A stretch of DNA of 64,000 bases from Acetofilamentum sp. (lineage in GTDB: Bacteria > Bacteroidota > Bacteroidia > Bacteroidales > DYOH01). Below, piece after piece: positions 18,898 to 28,844 of this stretch. The notes beneath the pieces are model-generated. The model searched no databases. It had not been told where the DNA came from and saw nothing but the letters and a program-made list of their open reading frames with translations. The DNA lies in the NCBI GenBank assembly GCA_020720625.1, contig DYOH01000011.1, positions 1,421 to 65,420 on the forward strand. Reading direction: 5' to 3'. How positions within the stretch are numbered: position 1 is the first letter of the stretch; the number at the start of each line of letters is the position of its first letter. The translations under genes and the position numbers were made by a program.

Positions 18898-20328
18898 TCA
18901 GTTTGAATAATTTTTTATAAAATCGATTAAAAGTCTAACGCCCGATGCTGTACCGTTTTTTCCTCTGTACGAGAAAGTAGATGACACGTGCGCAGTTCCG
19001 GCAATATCTAAATGTATCCAAGGGTAGTCGGTAAATTTTTGGAGAAATTTTCCTGCGGTAATGGCACCGGCATCTGCGCCACCAATATTTTTCATGTCGG
19101 CGATATCCGATTTTATGTAATCGTCGTATTCATCCCATAGGGGTAATTCAACCATTCTTTCGAAGGTGTTTTGTCCGCTTTGTAATAGTTTTTGAAAAAT
19201 ATCGTTGGAGCATGTGCGCATGGCTGCAATTGCTTCTTTGCCCAATGCTCTCATGGCCGCACCTGTAAGGGTTGCAAGGTCTATAACCAATTCGGGTTTA
19301 TATTTTTTTGCATAAGCCAATGCATCGGCTAGTATCATTCTTCCTTCGGCATCTGTGTTGAGCACTTCTACTGTATTTCCGCTAAACATTTTTACCACGT
19401 CGCCGGGTGCGTAGGCATCTTGGCCAGGTCTATTATCGGTTGCGGGAATCAGGCCAACTAAGTATACGGGTAATTGTGCTTTAGCTGCGGCATAAAATGC
19501 GCCTGCCACTGCTGCAGCTCCGCCCATGTCTACTTTCATTATATCCATGCTGTTGGGGGTTGGTTTTAGGCTAAGTCCGCCGGTATCGAAAACAACACCT
19601 TTGCCTACAAGCACAATTGGGTTATTATTTACCGCATTTTCGGGTTTGTAGCTAAGAATTGTAAAAGTTGGTGGGTCTATGCTGCCTTTGTTCACGGCGA
19701 GCAAACCGCCCATTTTTAGTGCTTCTATTTGCCGTTTGTCTAGTACTTCCACTTTAAAACCTGCTTTCTGGCCTTTGTCGAATATTTCTTCCGATAGTTT
19801 TACGGCTGTAAGGTATGAATATGGCTCATTTACCATATCGCGTGCCCAGTAGGTAGCTTCTAGGGTGGCAATCAAGAGTTTTTGGTCTTCAGGGCTTATT
19901 GCATCAGCACTAAGGCATATCTCTTTAAGAGCATTTACTTTTTTCTCCGAAAAATACTTCAAAAACTGATAATTCCCGAGTGCTAATCCTTCTGTAGCGG
20001 CTAGCAAATGCTCTGGCTGTTGATATGTACTGCTAATCCACAAACTGGTAATATCCAGCTTATTGATTACAGAAAGCATAATATTTGATCCTATTCTAAT
20101 TTGTTCGGCAGTATGAGCAGGGCTTTGTTTTTCTTCTGTTTGCAGCAGAAAAATTTGTTGGCTAAGTCTGTTTAAGTGTATTTGTATTTGTTTTTTTTCT
20201 ATCAGCTGCTTAACAAAGTTTAATTCACTGGTTGTGCAGATATTTTGTAGTTCGGCAACTTCTCTAAACAAAACAAACTGATGTTGACTCTCTGTTTTCT
20301 TTTGTGTAAATAATATTTGTAGGTTCAT
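18898..20328 (-). CDS. pepA: leucyl aminopeptidase (M17)
   Basis: VGKGVVFDTGG and NTDAEGRMILADAL active-site motifs. Confidence 0.85.
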   Translation of the reverse strand: MNLQILFTQKKTESQHQFVLFREVAELQNICTTSELNFVKQLIEKKQIQIHLNRLSQQIFLLQTEEKQSPAHTAEQIRIGSNIMLSVINKLDITSLWISSTYQQPEHLLAATEGLALGNYQFLKYFSEKKVNALKEICLSADAISPEDQKLLIATLEATYWARDMVNEPYSYLTAVKLSEEIFDKGQKAGFKVEVLDKRQIEALKMGGLLAVNKGSIDPPTFTILSYKPENAVNNNPIVLVGKGVVFDTGGLSLKPTPNSMDIMKVDMGGAAAVAGAFYAAAKAQLPVYLVGLIPATDNRPGQDAYAPGDVVKMFSGNTVEVLNTDAEGRMILADALAYAKKYKPELVIDLATLTGAAMRALGKEAIAAMRTCSNDIFQKLLQSGQNTFERMVELPLWDEYDDYIKSDIADMKNIGGADAGAITAGKFLQKFTDYPWIHLDIAGTAHVSSTFSYRGKNGTASGVRLLIDFIKNYSN

Positions 20329-20558
20329 AAACTAATGATTTTGTCTTGTGTTGATTTTTAATTTGTCATTATTTTTATAATTCGAAAGTAAAAATAGTAT
20401 TTTTTTGCCTTCATTAATGATAATCTGTTATTTTTTCTTTTTTTTTTAAATCTTTCAATTTAATGCAAAGTTATATCTTTGTGCGTATCAAATAGCTTTT
20501 TTTTAATCAGCAAATGGTATTTTAAAAAACATGTTTTGCATAAAAAGCTATATTATTG

Positions 20559-20566
20559 CACTTTTG
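20559..20566 (+). promoter_or_regulatory. promoter-like motif CACTTTTG (12-mer CACTTTTGCAAG) upstream of the LRR gene
   Basis: A TTTG at 20535-20538 sits 21 nt upstream (-33-like). The ATG at 20607 is 41 nt downstream. Confidence 0.45.
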
Positions 20567-20606
20567 CAAGTTAAAAGTTTTATGAATTATTTAAAGAAAG
20601 GTTTTT

Positions 20607-21950
20607 ATGAATGTAAGATTTATGATTGTGCTATGCAGTTTTGTATTGATATCTTTTACGGCCTTTTCACAGTCAAAGATGCGCAGCGAAAAGCAAATGG
20701 CAAAAGCCAAAACCTATAAATCGCTTGAAGATGCGCTAAAAAATCCAAAAAAAGTATACAAGTTAGATTTAAGTTATCAGAATCTGCTTAAGCTGCCCGA
20801 TGAAATGAGTACTTTAGTTAATTTGCAGGAAATAAATTTGAGTGGGAATAAAATAAGCTATTTACCCGATTTTATTTGGAAAATGACTAATATTCAGGTG
20901 ATTAAATTGTCCGAAAATCAGATTATTGAAATTCCGGACGAGATTGGACACTTAACAAATTTGGTGGAGCTAGATTTATTTAATAATCGTGTAAGTTTGA
21001 TAAGCGATAAAATTGGGCGTTGTACTTTACTCGAAAGGCTAGATTTGGGTTGGAACGAACTTCAAGTACTGAGCGATAGTATTTCCCGGCTATCAAATCT
21101 CACTTATTTGAGTGTGGAGAAGAATAATTTAAAGCGTTTTTTAACTTCTGTATCGGGGCTAAATAAGCTTACAACACTAAAATTATTTACCAATAAAATT
21201 GAGCAATTGCCATCTGATATTTGCGCATTGGAATTGTTACCCGAATTGTCGCTGGGTTTTAACCAGCTAAAATCATTACCTGCTAGCTTTTGCCATCTCA
21301 CAAATCTCAAAAGCATTAATTTAGAATCTAATAAGCTGGTTTCTTTGCCCGATAGTTTTGGAAATTTAGTTCATTTAGAGAAAATATATCTTCAAAACAA
21401 CGAGTTAGTTAAATTACCCGAGAGCATGCAATTTATAAAAGCTTTAAGCGAATTAGAACTGCACAATAATAAGCTTCGAACTCTGCCCGAAAATCTGGTT
21501 TTTCTTAAGAATATCAGGGAGTTAAATCTTCAGCACAATCAGTTATATAGCTTGCCCGAGTCGTTTTATGCTTTGCAAAATATTTCAATTCTCGACTTAT
21601 CTTATAATTGGTTTGGTTCATTTCCCGCAAAATTAGGTACATTAAAGTTGCTTACTGAGTTGATAATGAGTAATAATGGAATAAAGGAGATGAAATCGTT
21701 TCAAGGGCCTTTCGAAAGTTTGGTATTACTCGATTTGTCGAATAATAAGATTCTTGCTCTTTCGGGCGATATTGCCCGTATAAGCACTTTGGAACATTTA
21801 AATCTGAGCAACAACAGTATTATGCTATTGCCCAAGGATTTTGATAATTTTAAAAACATTAAGTGGATAAATTTGTCAAAAAATCAGTTGTATTCATCAC
21901 AGAAGCTTAAGGCAAAAGAAATATTTAAGGGAGCAGAGCTTTTTCTTTAG
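20607..21950 (+). CDS. secreted leucine-rich repeat protein
   Basis: Signal peptide (MNVRFMIVLCSFVLISFTAFSQ) followed by about 17 consecutive 23-residue LxxLxxLxLxxNxLxxLPxxI repeats. Confidence 0.85.
   Translation: MNVRFMIVLCSFVLISFTAFSQSKMRSEKQMAKAKTYKSLEDALKNPKKVYKLDLSYQNLLKLPDEMSTLVNLQEINLSGNKISYLPDFIWKMTNIQVIKLSENQIIEIPDEIGHLTNLVELDLFNNRVSLISDKIGRCTLLERLDLGWNELQVLSDSISRLSNLTYLSVEKNNLKRFLTSVSGLNKLTTLKLFTNKIEQLPSDICALELLPELSLGFNQLKSLPASFCHLTNLKSINLESNKLVSLPDSFGNLVHLEKIYLQNNELVKLPESMQFIKALSELELHNNKLRTLPENLVFLKNIRELNLQHNQLYSLPESFYALQNISILDLSYNWFGSFPAKLGTLKLLTELIMSNNGIKEMKSFQGPFESLVLLDLSNNKILALSGDIARISTLEHLNLSNNSIMLLPKDFDNFKNIKWINLSKNQLYSSQKLKAKEIFKGAELFL
20754..21912 (+). repeat. about 69-bp periodic coding repeat (LRR units) inside the LRR gene
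   Basis: Repeat periodicity read from the translation. Boundaries are approximate. Confidence 0.55.
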
Positions 21951-22076
21951 TAGTGTAATCCTTTAATAATAAGCAATAAATCTACATTTTTAGAATTTTT
22001 GAAAAAAATATTCGAAAAGTTGATTTTTTATAGACGATTTTGCTTTATTTTGCGTTTTATAATAAATTTATAAAAC

Positions 22077-22721
22077 ATGGCATCATTAAAATCAAAGAGT
22101 CAAATTATTCGCGAAGAAATCGCCAATGTAATAACGCATGGTGTTGGGCTTGCGTTAAGTGTTGCAGCCCTTGTGCTGCTAGTAGTTTTTGCCAGTTTAA
22201 AAGGCGATGCATGGAGAATTGTTAGTTTCAGCATTTTTGGAGCTTCGCTTGTGCTTCTTTATCTTGCATCTACCTTATACCATGGAGCAAGTCGTCCGCA
22301 AGTAAAGCTTCGTCTTAATCGCTTCGATCATTCTGCTATTTATGTGTTAATTGCAGGCACTTACACACCATTTACGTTGGTTACCCTCAGGGGGGCATGG
22401 GGTTGGACTATTTTTGGTATTGTTTGGGGGCTCGCCATTGCCGGTATTGTTTATAAGATTTTTTTTTACAAAGTAAAATATCGTGCAGTATCAGCCATCA
22501 TTTATCTGCTTATGGGATGGATTATTGTAATTGCCATTAAGCCTTTGATTACAAGTCTTAGTTTACCCGGTCTTATCTGGCTTGCAATAGGAGGGCTTAG
22601 CTATTCATTTGGGGTTATTTTTTATTTATGGAAAAAGCTGCCTTTTGCACATTCCATTTTCCATTTGTTTGTTTTGGGCGGAAGTATTTCTCATTTTTTT
22701 GCCATATTATTGTATGTTTAA
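22077..22721 (+). CDS. hemolysin III / PAQR-family membrane protein
   Basis: 214 aa, 7 TM helices, conserved His-containing segments (NVITHGVG, DHSAIYVLIAGTYTPF, HSIFHLFVLGG). Confidence 0.85.
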   Translation: MASLKSKSQIIREEIANVITHGVGLALSVAALVLLVVFASLKGDAWRIVSFSIFGASLVLLYLASTLYHGASRPQVKLRLNRFDHSAIYVLIAGTYTPFTLVTLRGAWGWTIFGIVWGLAIAGIVYKIFFYKVKYRAVSAIIYLLMGWIIVIAIKPLITSLSLPGLIWLAIGGLSYSFGVIFYLWKKLPFAHSIFHLFVLGGSISHFFAILLYV

Positions 22722-22796
22722 TTTGAATTAAGGATTTTGGAGTGAGGGCAGATAAATTTGCATTGAATAGTTTTGCTCCAAATTCCTTTTTCCTGG

Positions 22797-23456
22797 TTAC
22801 AAATGAAAACTAAGAAATAGGAGCGAATTGATACTGCTAAATGGCAAAGTGTAAGATTTTTTGTAGTCGAAATTAAATGTTTGTCCGTTGCTGATGTAGC
22901 TTCGCTCTCTTAAATTTTGAAACTGATATTGAATACTAATTCCGGCTTTCAATTTTTTAGTAAAATAACGGCTCATTTCATAGCCTCCGCTATAAATGAT
23001 GTTCGGAAATGTATGCACTTCGATATATGTGCTCAATCCATTTCTTTCTAGTTCCCGATATAGGCGTGTATAAATCGGGAATGCGATACCAGTATGAATA
23101 TTCAGACTTAGTTTTCTTAGGTGCTGATAAAATTTGAAATTTAAGCCTGAACTCATTTGTCTTGAATAGCTTTTGCTAATTCCCATAATTTCGTCTGTAG
23201 TTTGCTTGCTTCCCAATAAGAATCTATTTTCAAGTTCGATTGAAAGATTTGGTAAAATGAGATACTCAAAATTCAGATTATTGATAATTCCTTTACCATT
23301 ACTGATGTAGATAAAAGTATTGTTCGTATCAATTCCCTGATTTTCTTTAAGTAAGGGAAAAGCGTATCCAGATTTTATATTAATCAGAAGCTTTTGTGCT
23401 TTCATTTGATAGCCTAATATTTGGAATATAATAACGAGTGGCAAATATTTAATCAT
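22797..23456 (-). CDS. hypothetical outer-membrane beta-barrel-like protein
   Basis: A signal-peptide-like N-terminus starts at the internal ATG 23456 (MIKYLPLVIIFQILGYQMKAQ). Alternating-hydrophobicity, Tyr/Phe/Asn-rich sequence. The start could be 23474. Confidence 0.5.
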   Translation of the reverse strand: MIKYLPLVIIFQILGYQMKAQKLLINIKSGYAFPLLKENQGIDTNNTFIYISNGKGIINNLNFEYLILPNLSIELENRFLLGSKQTTDEIMGISKSYSRQMSSGLNFKFYQHLRKLSLNIHTGIAFPIYTRLYRELERNGLSTYIEVHTFPNIIYSGGYEMSRYFTKKLKAGISIQYQFQNLRERSYISNGQTFNFDYKKSYTLPFSSINSLLFLSFHL

Positions 23457-23506
23457 ACCAAATAAATTTTGCATCAAATAACATAAAAATTAGCATTTAC
23501 AAACAT

Positions 23507-24472
23507 TTAGGTACGTTGATAAACCGGAATAGCATTAATACCTTCCGTATCAAATTGTTTTTTTAGCGACGGAAAATCTTTTGTAAATCCCAGAATAAAT
23601 CCTCCTCCTCCCGAACCACATAATTTTAATGTAAAATTATCTGTTTCCAAGCCTTGTTTCCATAAAGCTTGTATGCTATCAGGAATCATAGGGTTAAAAT
23701 GTTCTATTTGGTATTTCGACAATTCTTTTAAATGTCTGAAAAAAGAAGTGCTGTCACCAACCAGAATATTTTCTATACATTTGTTATTTAATGGAATATA
23801 CTCGTTCATGATAACGTTTTTATAGTTTTCATTTTCACAACTTTCCATAAAATAATTTACTAAAGGTTCTGTAATGCCTGCAGTTCCTGAATTAATAAGA
23901 AAGATTGCTTCTGTGTCGGAGAAATCTTTTTGCGGAATTTCTACCAATTCTATATGCTTTTTTTCTTTGATTAATACTGGCTGTTTAAGGTATGAATTTA
24001 GCGGGTCAAGGCCTGAACTGGTACCATGAAAATAGCTCTCTAGCTTAGCCAGTCTGTTTTTGATTATGTTTATTCCTTCACTTTCCAGCAGTGTTCTTTT
24101 ACTATGATTATCGGGCACATAATGTCTGTATATTGCGGCAACAAGTGCACCCGAGCTACCTACGCCGTAACCTTGTGGAATCGACGACTCAAAATACATC
24201 CCATCGGCAATATCTCTTTCCAGAGCTTTAATGTTTATATCGAAATCCAGTTCGTCGTTGTGGAGTAATTTTTTTATATGGTTTGCAAAGTCTTGCAAAT
24301 GCATATTAGATTCTTTTGCAAAGTTTAAATCGGTATATTTGTTATTCAGCAAAAAACTTAGCTCACCCTGAAAATGGGTATAAGGAATAGTTAATGCTTC
24401 GGAACCGCAAATAACACTGTACTCGCCAAATAATAATATTTTTGAATAGAAAACTTCGTGTCTGTTTTTCAT
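23507..24472 (-). CDS. GHMP kinase, mevalonate-kinase-like
   Basis: N-terminal SKILLFGEYSVICGSEAL resembles the mevalonate kinase motif. GHMP ATP-binding motif PQGYGVGSSGALVAA. Last gene of the mevalonate operon. Confidence 0.7.
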   Translation of the reverse strand: MKNRHEVFYSKILLFGEYSVICGSEALTIPYTHFQGELSFLLNNKYTDLNFAKESNMHLQDFANHIKKLLHNDELDFDINIKALERDIADGMYFESSIPQGYGVGSSGALVAAIYRHYVPDNHSKRTLLESEGINIIKNRLAKLESYFHGTSSGLDPLNSYLKQPVLIKEKKHIELVEIPQKDFSDTEAIFLINSGTAGITEPLVNYFMESCENENYKNVIMNEYIPLNNKCIENILVGDSTSFFRHLKELSKYQIEHFNPMIPDSIQALWKQGLETDNFTLKLCGSGGGGFILGFTKDFPSLKKQFDTEGINAIPVYQRT

Positions 24473-24476
24473 TTGT

Positions 24477-25526
24477 TTAATTTTTATTAGGCCCTGATCC
24501 TATGGTGTCTTCAATTAATTGATTTTTGGCCGATAATACAATTAACTCGTTTTTTATAAATTGGTTTACTTGATTTTTGTATGCATCAGGAAATAGTATG
24601 TGTACATTTGGACCAGCATCTAGTGTAAAACAAAGCGGAATTTTTGTTTCTTCTCTAAAAAGCTTAATTTTTTCCAATGCCAATAGTGTTCCTGGTTTTA
24701 AGAGAGAGTACCAAGGGTTTGAGCTTAGCATCATGGCATGTAAACTAAGGGCTTCGTTTTCGGCTATTTGTGTAAATTTTTCCAAATCTCCCGACTCAAA
24801 AACCTGAATCAGGGTTCGAATATTACTAAAAGCTTGATCTTTTCTTGCTTGCGAATATGGGTGATTGTTCATTAACGAATGTCCTACTCTGCTGGATACT
24901 TTTTTTTCGCCTGCGTCTATTATTAGAATAGAATCGTGGTAATTTAGAAAAGCAGAATGTAGCTTTCCCGGTAATTCAATTGCATATTCTTGCGCACTAT
25001 TTTCTATTTCGTTTAATTGGCCCCAAAGCGAGACATACGGAAAAACAGACCTTGCTGCACTTCCTGAGGCCAATCTGGCAAAATAAGAACTACGTTTCAA
25101 AAATGCTTCTTTGGATAGTTTTTGATTGATTAGTTGTTGCTCTAAATCAACCAAGCAAAGAGCCAAAGCACTCATCGACGAAGCTGATGATGCAATTCCG
25201 GCAGAATGCGGAAAAGTATTCTTGCTATCAATCCTAATTTTGTAATTTTCTAAATAAGGTAGTTCCGAAAGAATTTGTTCAAGGAAAATTTGTATTTTAC
25301 CTTTAAAAATATCGTTAGTCTTTTCTTCGAAAAAGAACTCTAAGTCTATGCGTTTTTCATTTTCTTTGTTATATAAGCCTATAGTAGTTTCAGTTAGCGC
25401 TTTACTTAAGGTAAAACTTATGGAAGGATTTATTGGCAACTGATTGCCGTATTTTCCCCAGTATTTTACAATGGCTATGTTAGATGGGCTTTGCCAGCTG
25501 CTTTGGGCAATTATTTTGCTATTCAT
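24477..25526 (-). CDS. mvaD: diphosphomevalonate decarboxylase
   Basis: NIAIVKYWGK N-terminal motif and GHMP motif HSAGIASSASS. Confidence 0.85.
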   Translation of the reverse strand: MNSKIIAQSSWQSPSNIAIVKYWGKYGNQLPINPSISFTLSKALTETTIGLYNKENEKRIDLEFFFEEKTNDIFKGKIQIFLEQILSELPYLENYKIRIDSKNTFPHSAGIASSASSMSALALCLVDLEQQLINQKLSKEAFLKRSSYFARLASGSAARSVFPYVSLWGQLNEIENSAQEYAIELPGKLHSAFLNYHDSILIIDAGEKKVSSRVGHSLMNNHPYSQARKDQAFSNIRTLIQVFESGDLEKFTQIAENEALSLHAMMLSSNPWYSLLKPGTLLALEKIKLFREETKIPLCFTLDAGPNVHILFPDAYKNQVNQFIKNELIVLSAKNQLIEDTIGSGPNKN

Positions 25527-26439
25527 ATATTAGTTCGGAGTATTTAAAATAGGTAGTATAATTTTTTTCGGAAAAATATTTAATCGTTTTGTCAATACTT
25601 TCGGCTCCAACAGCCAAAAGAAAATCGCCTCCCCAAGCACCCAAAGATTTTACAGTGCCGTTAAAATCCTGAAAATTTGTCTGTTTCACTGGCTTTGTAT
25701 TCAGGTATTCCGATAGAATATTTTCGTGCCTGTCTAAAAGATTAATAAAATGCTTAAGACTTTTGCAAATTGCTACTTGTTCCGATATTTGGTCAATTTC
25801 AGTAAGTATTTCCTGTGTGAAAGTACTATTTTGATTTAACTTAATACTTTTTGCGGAATCTTGTTTGTGGCCACTATACACGAATAAAAGATCATGTTTA
25901 AAAGGAATTTGCCAATGAATGTATTTAATTGATGGTATTTGTTTATTTAGCTGATAGAAAAAAGCACTATTTGAATTAGCAGCAGCAATATCGTATCCCG
26001 AGCCTTTTGATATTTCAAAATGCAGTTCGAATGGATTTATTCCTGCCCATTGTGCCATGTTGTATATAAGGCTGGAACTACTTCCCAACCCCCAGTTTCT
26101 ATTAAAGTCTAAATGGTGCTCAATTTTTTCAAGTTTGGTAAATACTATTGTAGGCTTTAGTTTTTTGATAGCCTTAATCAATCTGCTCACAAAGATAAGG
26201 CTTTCTGAGTGTTCTTGCGAAATGGGCTCTAATGTAATACTATCAAAAGATGCTTGAAACCAAATCTGATTATTTTCGAACGAGAGCCATTTAAATGTAT
26301 TGGAATATTGTTCCGATTCAAAGAAATAACTGTGTTGTCCAAATTTTAGTGGCAGGGAAAATGCTTTGGCTCCATGCAGAACCATGTATTCTCCTGTGAT
26401 TAATAATTTACCTCTGGCGAAAAAATAACTTGGTTTCAC
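25519..26439 (-). CDS. GYDIA-family GHMP kinase (probable phosphomevalonate kinase)
   Basis: Contains the literal GYDIA motif (KGSGYDIAAAN), GKLLITGEYMVLHG and WGLGSSSSLI. The GTG start directly abuts the HMG-CoA reductase stop (TAAGTG). Confidence 0.75.
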   Translation of the reverse strand: MKPSYFFARGKLLITGEYMVLHGAKAFSLPLKFGQHSYFFESEQYSNTFKWLSFENNQIWFQASFDSITLEPISQEHSESLIFVSRLIKAIKKLKPTIVFTKLEKIEHHLDFNRNWGLGSSSSLIYNMAQWAGINPFELHFEISKGSGYDIAAANSNSAFFYQLNKQIPSIKYIHWQIPFKHDLLFVYSGHKQDSAKSIKLNQNSTFTQEILTEIDQISEQVAICKSLKHFINLLDRHENILSEYLNTKPVKQTNFQDFNGTVKSLGAWGGDFLLAVGAESIDKTIKYFSEKNYTTYFKYSELIYE

Positions 26440-27774
26440 TTAAATTTCTTTATGAATACCTTTTCTAATCTCTGTTAAGAAACTTTCAACTGCAGAGAAA
26501 GATACTTTGTGTGTTTTAAAGAATTCAATGGCCTTAGTTTTTTCGGGTTGCGAGGCTTTATAGTGGTTTAATATGTTTAACAAATGCATTTTCATGTGTC
26601 CAACTTGTATTCCTTTTGTTATTAGTGATTTAATGGCCGAAAGGTTATTGGCCAAACCTGCAGTTGCGGTAATCATCATCAATTCTTCTGCAGTAGGGTT
26701 ACCTAATATGTCTAAGGAGCGCTTTGCTAATGGATGCAGGTGCGTTAATCCGCCTACGGTTCCCATTGCAAGTGGCAGAATAAGTGTATATTTAAACTTT
26801 CCCTTTTCTAAGCAAATATCTGTAAGACTTGCATATTGTCCGTTTCTTGATGCATAAGCATGTCCCGATGCCTCAATGGCTCTAAAATCGTTTCCGGTGG
26901 CAAGAGCTACAGCGTCTATGCCATTAAAAATACCTTTATTATGGGTTGTTGCACGGTATATATCTATTTGAGCAATTTTTACCGCTTGGGCAAATTTTTG
27001 GGCAAATTCTTCGGCTGTTAATTCTTCGTCGGCATCATCCAAATCGTCAATATCGCATTCTACCCAGGTTTTTACTAAGCACTCGGGAGTATAATTTGAT
27101 AAAATAGACATAATTATGTTTATATCCTTAACCGTAAATGCAGGCGAATCAATTACAAACGATTTAAGTTCTTGGGCAAATTCTTCAAGCACGCTGTTTA
27201 TAAAATTGGCCCCCATGCTGTCGCGGGTATCGAAACTTACTTTTAGCTGGTAATAGTTTTCCATGGCATGCCGCATATCTATTAGTTCTATGCTTAAAAT
27301 GCCACCCCCACGTTTACGCATGTTTTCAGTAATTTTGGCAACGCGCTTGTGGAGTTTCTCGCGTAGCTCGGGCATCAAAAAATCTAGCTTCTCGAAATTA
27401 CCCGACCATGAGAAATGTACCTGTCCAATTTTTTTTACTGAAATTATTTCCGATTTAAATCCACCTTTATTACCCCAATATTTTGCGGCTTTAGATGCAG
27501 CAGCTACAACCGAACTTTCTTCAATAACCATTGGGATATGGTATATTTTATTGTTGATGATAAAATTGGGTGAAATACCGTAGGGCATTGAATAATTGGT
27601 TAAAGTATTCTCGCTAAATTCGTTTAGCCTTTTCTGTATTTCTTTATCGGGATGCCAGAAACTTGCCAGCTCTTTTTTAAATTCATCGGAATCATTAACC
27701 AATTGACTAACAAACTCTATTTTTTGTTTTTTGGGGAGCTTAGAAAAACTTTCGATAATTTCTCTTGGTATCAT
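26440..27774 (-). CDS. mvaA: class II hydroxymethylglutaryl-CoA reductase
   Basis: PMVIEESSVVAAASKAAK and DSMGANFIN motifs, about 440 aa. The ATG at 27774 is preferred over the TTG at 27798. Confidence 0.85.
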   Translation of the reverse strand: MIPREIIESFSKLPKKQKIEFVSQLVNDSDEFKKELASFWHPDKEIQKRLNEFSENTLTNYSMPYGISPNFIINNKIYHIPMVIEESSVVAAASKAAKYWGNKGGFKSEIISVKKIGQVHFSWSGNFEKLDFLMPELREKLHKRVAKITENMRKRGGGILSIELIDMRHAMENYYQLKVSFDTRDSMGANFINSVLEEFAQELKSFVIDSPAFTVKDINIIMSILSNYTPECLVKTWVECDIDDLDDADEELTAEEFAQKFAQAVKIAQIDIYRATTHNKGIFNGIDAVALATGNDFRAIEASGHAYASRNGQYASLTDICLEKGKFKYTLILPLAMGTVGGLTHLHPLAKRSLDILGNPTAEELMMITATAGLANNLSAIKSLITKGIQVGHMKMHLLNILNHYKASQPEKTKAIEFFKTHKVSFSAVESFLTEIRKGIHKEI

Positions 27775-27808
27775 AGATTTGTTTTTTAAACGATGCAAAT
27801 TTACTAAT

Positions 27809-28828
27809 TTAATTATTAATCTGGCTTAAGAAATCCTTCCTAACTTCTAATAAATTATATGCAAGTTGTAATCCTTTTGTTTGAATTTCAGCAAAATGTT
27901 TTAGTTCTTCATAATCGCCCATCGCATATTTTAGAAATCCGGATGCCATACCATAAATGGCAGGCATGTTGCTCGATTTAGTTAGGTAATATCCATCCAA
28001 AAAGGAGTTTATTCCTCCGGATATAATTAAATTTTGTGTATTTATTTCTTTTTGTTCATCGGCAAATTTGTTTATCCAATGTAGCATTTCGTAGGCCGTA
28101 TGACCAATAAAGCTCAAAGGTTCAAATAGTTGCTGATCGTTTTTTTCTCTACGCCATATTTCTACCTTAGAAAAATTTGTTCCTCCCAGTGAGCCAAATT
28201 CAATAGCTTCAATCGGCAGTTTTAGTAATTCGAGCAAGCTTGCAGGGCCAAATCCTTGTCCTACTTCCTTGATAATTAAAGGTAAATGGAAATCAAGTAG
28301 AAATTCTTTTATCGTATCAATGGGGTTTCTTTTAATAATATCACCTTCTGGTTGTATCCATTCTTGCAATGGATTAATATGAATAATCAATCCGTCGGCT
28401 TGCAAATCAAATAAGAGGTTTTCAATTAATACGGTTTCTTTATTTTTTATTATATCTTCAATTTGGGCAATACCAAGATTTGCGAATAAAGGTAATTCGT
28501 TGCCCAGGTATTTTCTTACATCAAAATCAGCGAAATAAGTTTTATCTTTTAAAATAATTCTGCAGGAACCTAAACCCAATCCAAAACCATATTCATTGCT
28601 CACCATGGCCAGATTTTTGTTTATCACCGCAGCCTTGCTAGTGCCGCCTGTCATACTCGAAATCCACAGGGGAAACCTCAGACTTTTACCGGCCAGCTTT
28701 ATTTCGGGAATTTTATTTTCAACAAAATTTCCAAGAATTGGCTCATAGTAAAATCTTTTGTCGCTTTTTATTTTTTCTATTTGTGATTGAAATGCTAGGT
28801 CAATGTGATCCTTTTTCCTGTCAGTCAT
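27809..28828 (-). CDS. fni: type 2 (FMN-dependent) isopentenyl-diphosphate delta-isomerase
   Basis: ISSMTGGT and KEVGQGF motifs, about 340 aa TIM-barrel type. First gene of the operon. Confidence 0.85.
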   Translation of the reverse strand: MTDRKKDHIDLAFQSQIEKIKSDKRFYYEPILGNFVENKIPEIKLAGKSLRFPLWISSMTGGTSKAAVINKNLAMVSNEYGFGLGLGSCRIILKDKTYFADFDVRKYLGNELPLFANLGIAQIEDIIKNKETVLIENLLFDLQADGLIIHINPLQEWIQPEGDIIKRNPIDTIKEFLLDFHLPLIIKEVGQGFGPASLLELLKLPIEAIEFGSLGGTNFSKVEIWRREKNDQQLFEPLSFIGHTAYEMLHWINKFADEQKEINTQNLIISGGINSFLDGYYLTKSSNMPAIYGMASGFLKYAMGDYEELKHFAEIQTKGLQLAYNLLEVRKDFLSQINN

Positions 28829-28844
28829 TTATAACATGTTTGCG

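Noticed and set aside
20439-20448. T10 homopolymer in the pepA/LRR divergent promoter region as a phase-variation tract
   Set aside because: It is a single tract of moderate length in very AT-rich DNA, and it is not positioned between recognisable promoter elements. It is much weaker than the A12/A11 cluster at 59296-59451.
22731-22791. Long-loop hairpin (12-bp arms with one mismatch, 33-nt loop) after the hemolysin III gene as a terminator
   Set aside because: The loop is too large for a confident intrinsic terminator call. It is left unannotated, though the T5 that follows makes it possible.
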